This document shows positions 37,661-39,732 of a stretch of DNA of 39,732 bases, piece by piece (position 1 is the stretch's first letter; each line of letters starts with the position of its first letter). The stretch comes from Basidiobolus meristosporus CBS 931.73. Its lineage: Eukaryota > Fungi > Basidiobolomycota. The position numbers and the translations under genes are program-made. The stretch lies in the NCBI GenBank assembly GCA_002104905.1, contig MCFE01000748.1, positions 1-39,732 on the forward strand. Direction: 5' to 3'. The notes under the pieces are model-generated. The model saw nothing but the letters and a program-made list of their open reading frames with translations. It did no database searches and was not told the DNA's origin.

Positions 37661-38944
37661 TTTCTGTTCCCCTATGTGTCCTAGCCTCCTATGCCACGTC
37701 TCCCAGTTGGTTACATCAGTTTCAGCAATGTTGACATACTCAGGTACAATGATCTTGCATTGTAACTTCTATATATTGTGATCTCTGATTCCCGAAGCTA
37801 ATTTTTGTCCATTTTCACTCAATATTGAGCAGCTCAGCTTAGTAAAAACAAATTTCAGTCCCTGAGTAGTTGCTTTACTGACTGAGAGTAGGTTCTTAGC
37901 TATTCCAGGTACATAGAGTACGTCAGTCAGTTTTGCTGTTGTTGCCCCTGAGTTATCACTCATATTTGGTTGTATAGACCCACTGGCAGTAGCTTCCAAT
38001 GCAGAGTTATCTCCCCAATAAACCTTTCTTACGGGAATAGTCTTTAAGTTGCTGAACCAATCCTTTATACCACAAATATGCTGTGATGCTCCAGAGTCAA
38101 TATACCATTCATTACTTTGGTTACTTGCACTCTCTTGTACAGTGACAAATAGCTGTTCATCAGTAGTTATATGGTTTGCCTGCTCTAGTTTCTGTTTTTT
38201 GTCTGCTTGTTTCTTCTTGCATTCACTTGCTCAGTGTCCTGGCTTCTTACAGTAGTTACAGCAGGCAGGTTTTCTTCGGTTTTGTTGCTTTCCCTTCTTT
38301 TCTGTATGCCTTTCTGAACTGAATAAAGCATTATCTTCAGTTTTATCTGCTTGATCATTACGTCTGAGTTCTTCATGGAGAAGTCTTCCTTTGACATAGT
38401 CTAAAGTCAAGTTGTCTTCTCTGCTTTCAAAAGAAAGTATGAGTGGCTCATACTTGTCTGGTAGGCTGCAAAGCAGACAGAGTATCTTTTCTTCATCATC
38501 TACACCAGCATTAATACTGTAAAGTTCTTCTGCAAGTGTCTCCATTCTGGTAATGAGTTGTAGCATGTCATCATCTGGCTTTTTTCTCATGTTGAAGAAC
38601 TTTTGTTTCAAATAAAGCTTGCTTGATACTGACTTTGCTCTAAAGATCTTCTCTAAGGATTCCCATGCTGCTTTGGCAGTATTTGAGGCATGTATTTGTC
38701 CAATGAAGGAGTCTTGCACATTGATGCATATTGCATTGAAGGCCTTTCTCTCCTTCTCTTGAAACTTCTCTATATCTTCTGCTGTTCCTTTGGGCTCAAC
38801 TTCCTTTCCTGTTACTATGTTCCAAAGCTTTCTTTCCTCAAGGTGGATCTGCATCTTGATTCTCCAAAGTCTGTAGTTCTTCCCATCAAACCTCTCCTTT
38901 ACAGGGAAGATGTTGGTATTGCTTTGTTTGCTGGTAGAAGTCAT
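35027..38944 (-). pseudogene. Copia Gag-Pol polyprotein frame (1,306 codons) with two premature stops
   Basis: ORFs 38231-38944, 37769-37999 and 35027-37660 share one frame; stops TGA at 38231-38233 and TAG at 37769-37771; Gag, CCHC knuckle, WYIDSGASQH, integrase HSDICGP/SDNGGEY/NGVAER, RT YVDD, RNase H DNQS/TKHIDI/ADILTK. Confidence 0.93.
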
Positions 38945-38967
38945 CTTTAGAATGGATTAAGGCAATC

Positions 38968-38980
38968 GGGGCTCATAACC
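38968..38980 (-). promoter_or_regulatory. Primer-binding site of the family-2 copia (tRNAiMet anticodon-loop type)
   Basis: GGGGCTCATAACC on the plus strand, abutting the 5' LTR at 38981. Confidence 0.92.
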
Positions 38981-39349
38981 TGTTGCAATTTAAGAAGTGA
39001 TTTGGATATAAGGAACTTATCAAGAAATAGTGATAATAGTTGAACTGTTGTTTATTCATAAAGAAGCTCAGTATTTATACCTTTGTAGAAGTAATACAGC
39101 TGCAACACTAAGTAGGGAGGGTTTCTCAATATTCAGGAGCATTCTGTAACAGTTTCAGGGTTAGTACATAATGTTTGGTAATAGTGCTAATTTGATCCTG
39201 ACTATAGGGGAATAATCATAAGATCATATATCTGGAGAAAGTGGCAAAGTTAAGGCAGTAAATGAGTCCTACAGTGACTAAGACTAGCCTAGAATTGTTA
39301 AGTAAATTTTTAGCTGCTGAATGATACCAAATAGTCCAATATTTCAACA
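38981..39349 (-). repeat. 5' LTR of the family-2 copia
   Basis: 369 bp, identical to 34664-35032. Confidence 0.96.
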
Positions 39350-39439
39350 GTTGCTAGGCCATTCAGTGCTGGCTGAAGACCAGGATGTATGGCAACCTGC
39401 AAATGATCAATGGCATAAAGCTATGGGGTTCCTATTAAG

Positions 39440-39732
39440 CCCTATGAAAAGTAATTTTCTACAGGTGGCTCCAATCCAGATCAGCAGTCTGGATCCCATA
39501 AGGAGTCCTTCATAATACCAGAAACTTGTAATTACTGACCCTCCACATAATCCTATGAAGGAATTGTCACTGTGGTTGCTGATTTTACTGCCAAATAAAG
39601 TAAAAAACTTGCAATAGTGGTATTTTCTCATGTGAATGCCATGCAATTGTTAGCACATGCTGGTATCAGGATGGTCTCTGGAGCATATGTTGCCAGCTGC
39701 TTGATGGTTGTCTATTTGTATCATGTACATGG
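39440..39732 (-). mobile_element. CMC/CACTA-type transposon, copy D; internally deleted, runs off the window
   Basis: CCCTATGAAAAG terminus plus ~165 bp matching the reverse complement of the copy A right end, then a jump at ~39610 to sequence homologous to 10190-10312. Confidence 0.83.

Larger units (their letters stand above)
34664..39349 (-). mobile_element. Full-length Ty1/copia element, family 2 (4,686 bp); structurally intact but coding-defective
   Basis: Two 369-bp LTRs with no difference found by eye; TSD GTTGC (34659-34663, 39350-39354); PBS 38968-38980; PPT 35033-35044; single gag-pol frame. Confidence 0.97.
26216..39439 (-). mobile_element. CMC/CACTA-type transposon, old copy C (segments 26216-28238, 33466-34663, 39355-39439), host of three later insertions
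   Basis: Reverse-complement homolog of copies A and B; sequence is colinear across each insertion once the TSDs are collapsed; transposase 3' half deleted at 26216. Confidence 0.85.

Noticed and set aside
38231-38233. TGA after gag as a programmed readthrough site separating Gag and Pol
   Set aside because: It falls inside the zinc knuckle (C-N-Y-C-K-K-P-G-H-stop-A-S-E-C) and a second stop follows at 37769; a nonsense mutation is the simpler explanation.
1-39732. CRISPR arrays, rRNA, prokaryotic operons or defence systems
   Set aside because: No regularly spaced short repeats, structural RNA signatures or intact prokaryote-like genes were seen; all long repeats resolve into LTRs or transposon copies.

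Overview
Eukaryotic transposon graveyard, probably fungal (inference from the PBS type and CpG decay; the organism cannot be identified). From about 1,019 to the end of the window it is almost entirely nested mobile DNA, and no host gene can be supported. It holds: (i) Ty1/copia LTR retrotransposons of three LTR families, all with a GGTTATGAGCCC-type primer-binding site (half initiator-tRNA priming); one is a compact full-length copy (34664-39349, minus strand) with identical 369-bp LTRs and a perfect 5-bp TSD but two in-frame nonsense codons; (ii) five copies or fragments of one CMC/CACTA(En/Spm)-type DNA transposon family with CCCTATGAAAAAT termini, a clear 4-bp TSD in one copy, a Transposase_21-type gene and a second, divergently oriented gene of unknown function; (iii) solo LTRs, including an unassigned 1,071-bp one with a 4-bp GCGC TSD, and a degraded Ty3/Gypsy pol fragment. 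CpG is nearly absent except in the first ~600 bp and the youngest inserts. The best leads are the two-gene CCCTA/4-bp-TSD transposon family, which inserts into its own relatives, and the young copia whose CpG-free LTRs are identical while its coding lesions map to ancestral CpGs. All boundaries, alignments and counts were read by eye; no searches were run.
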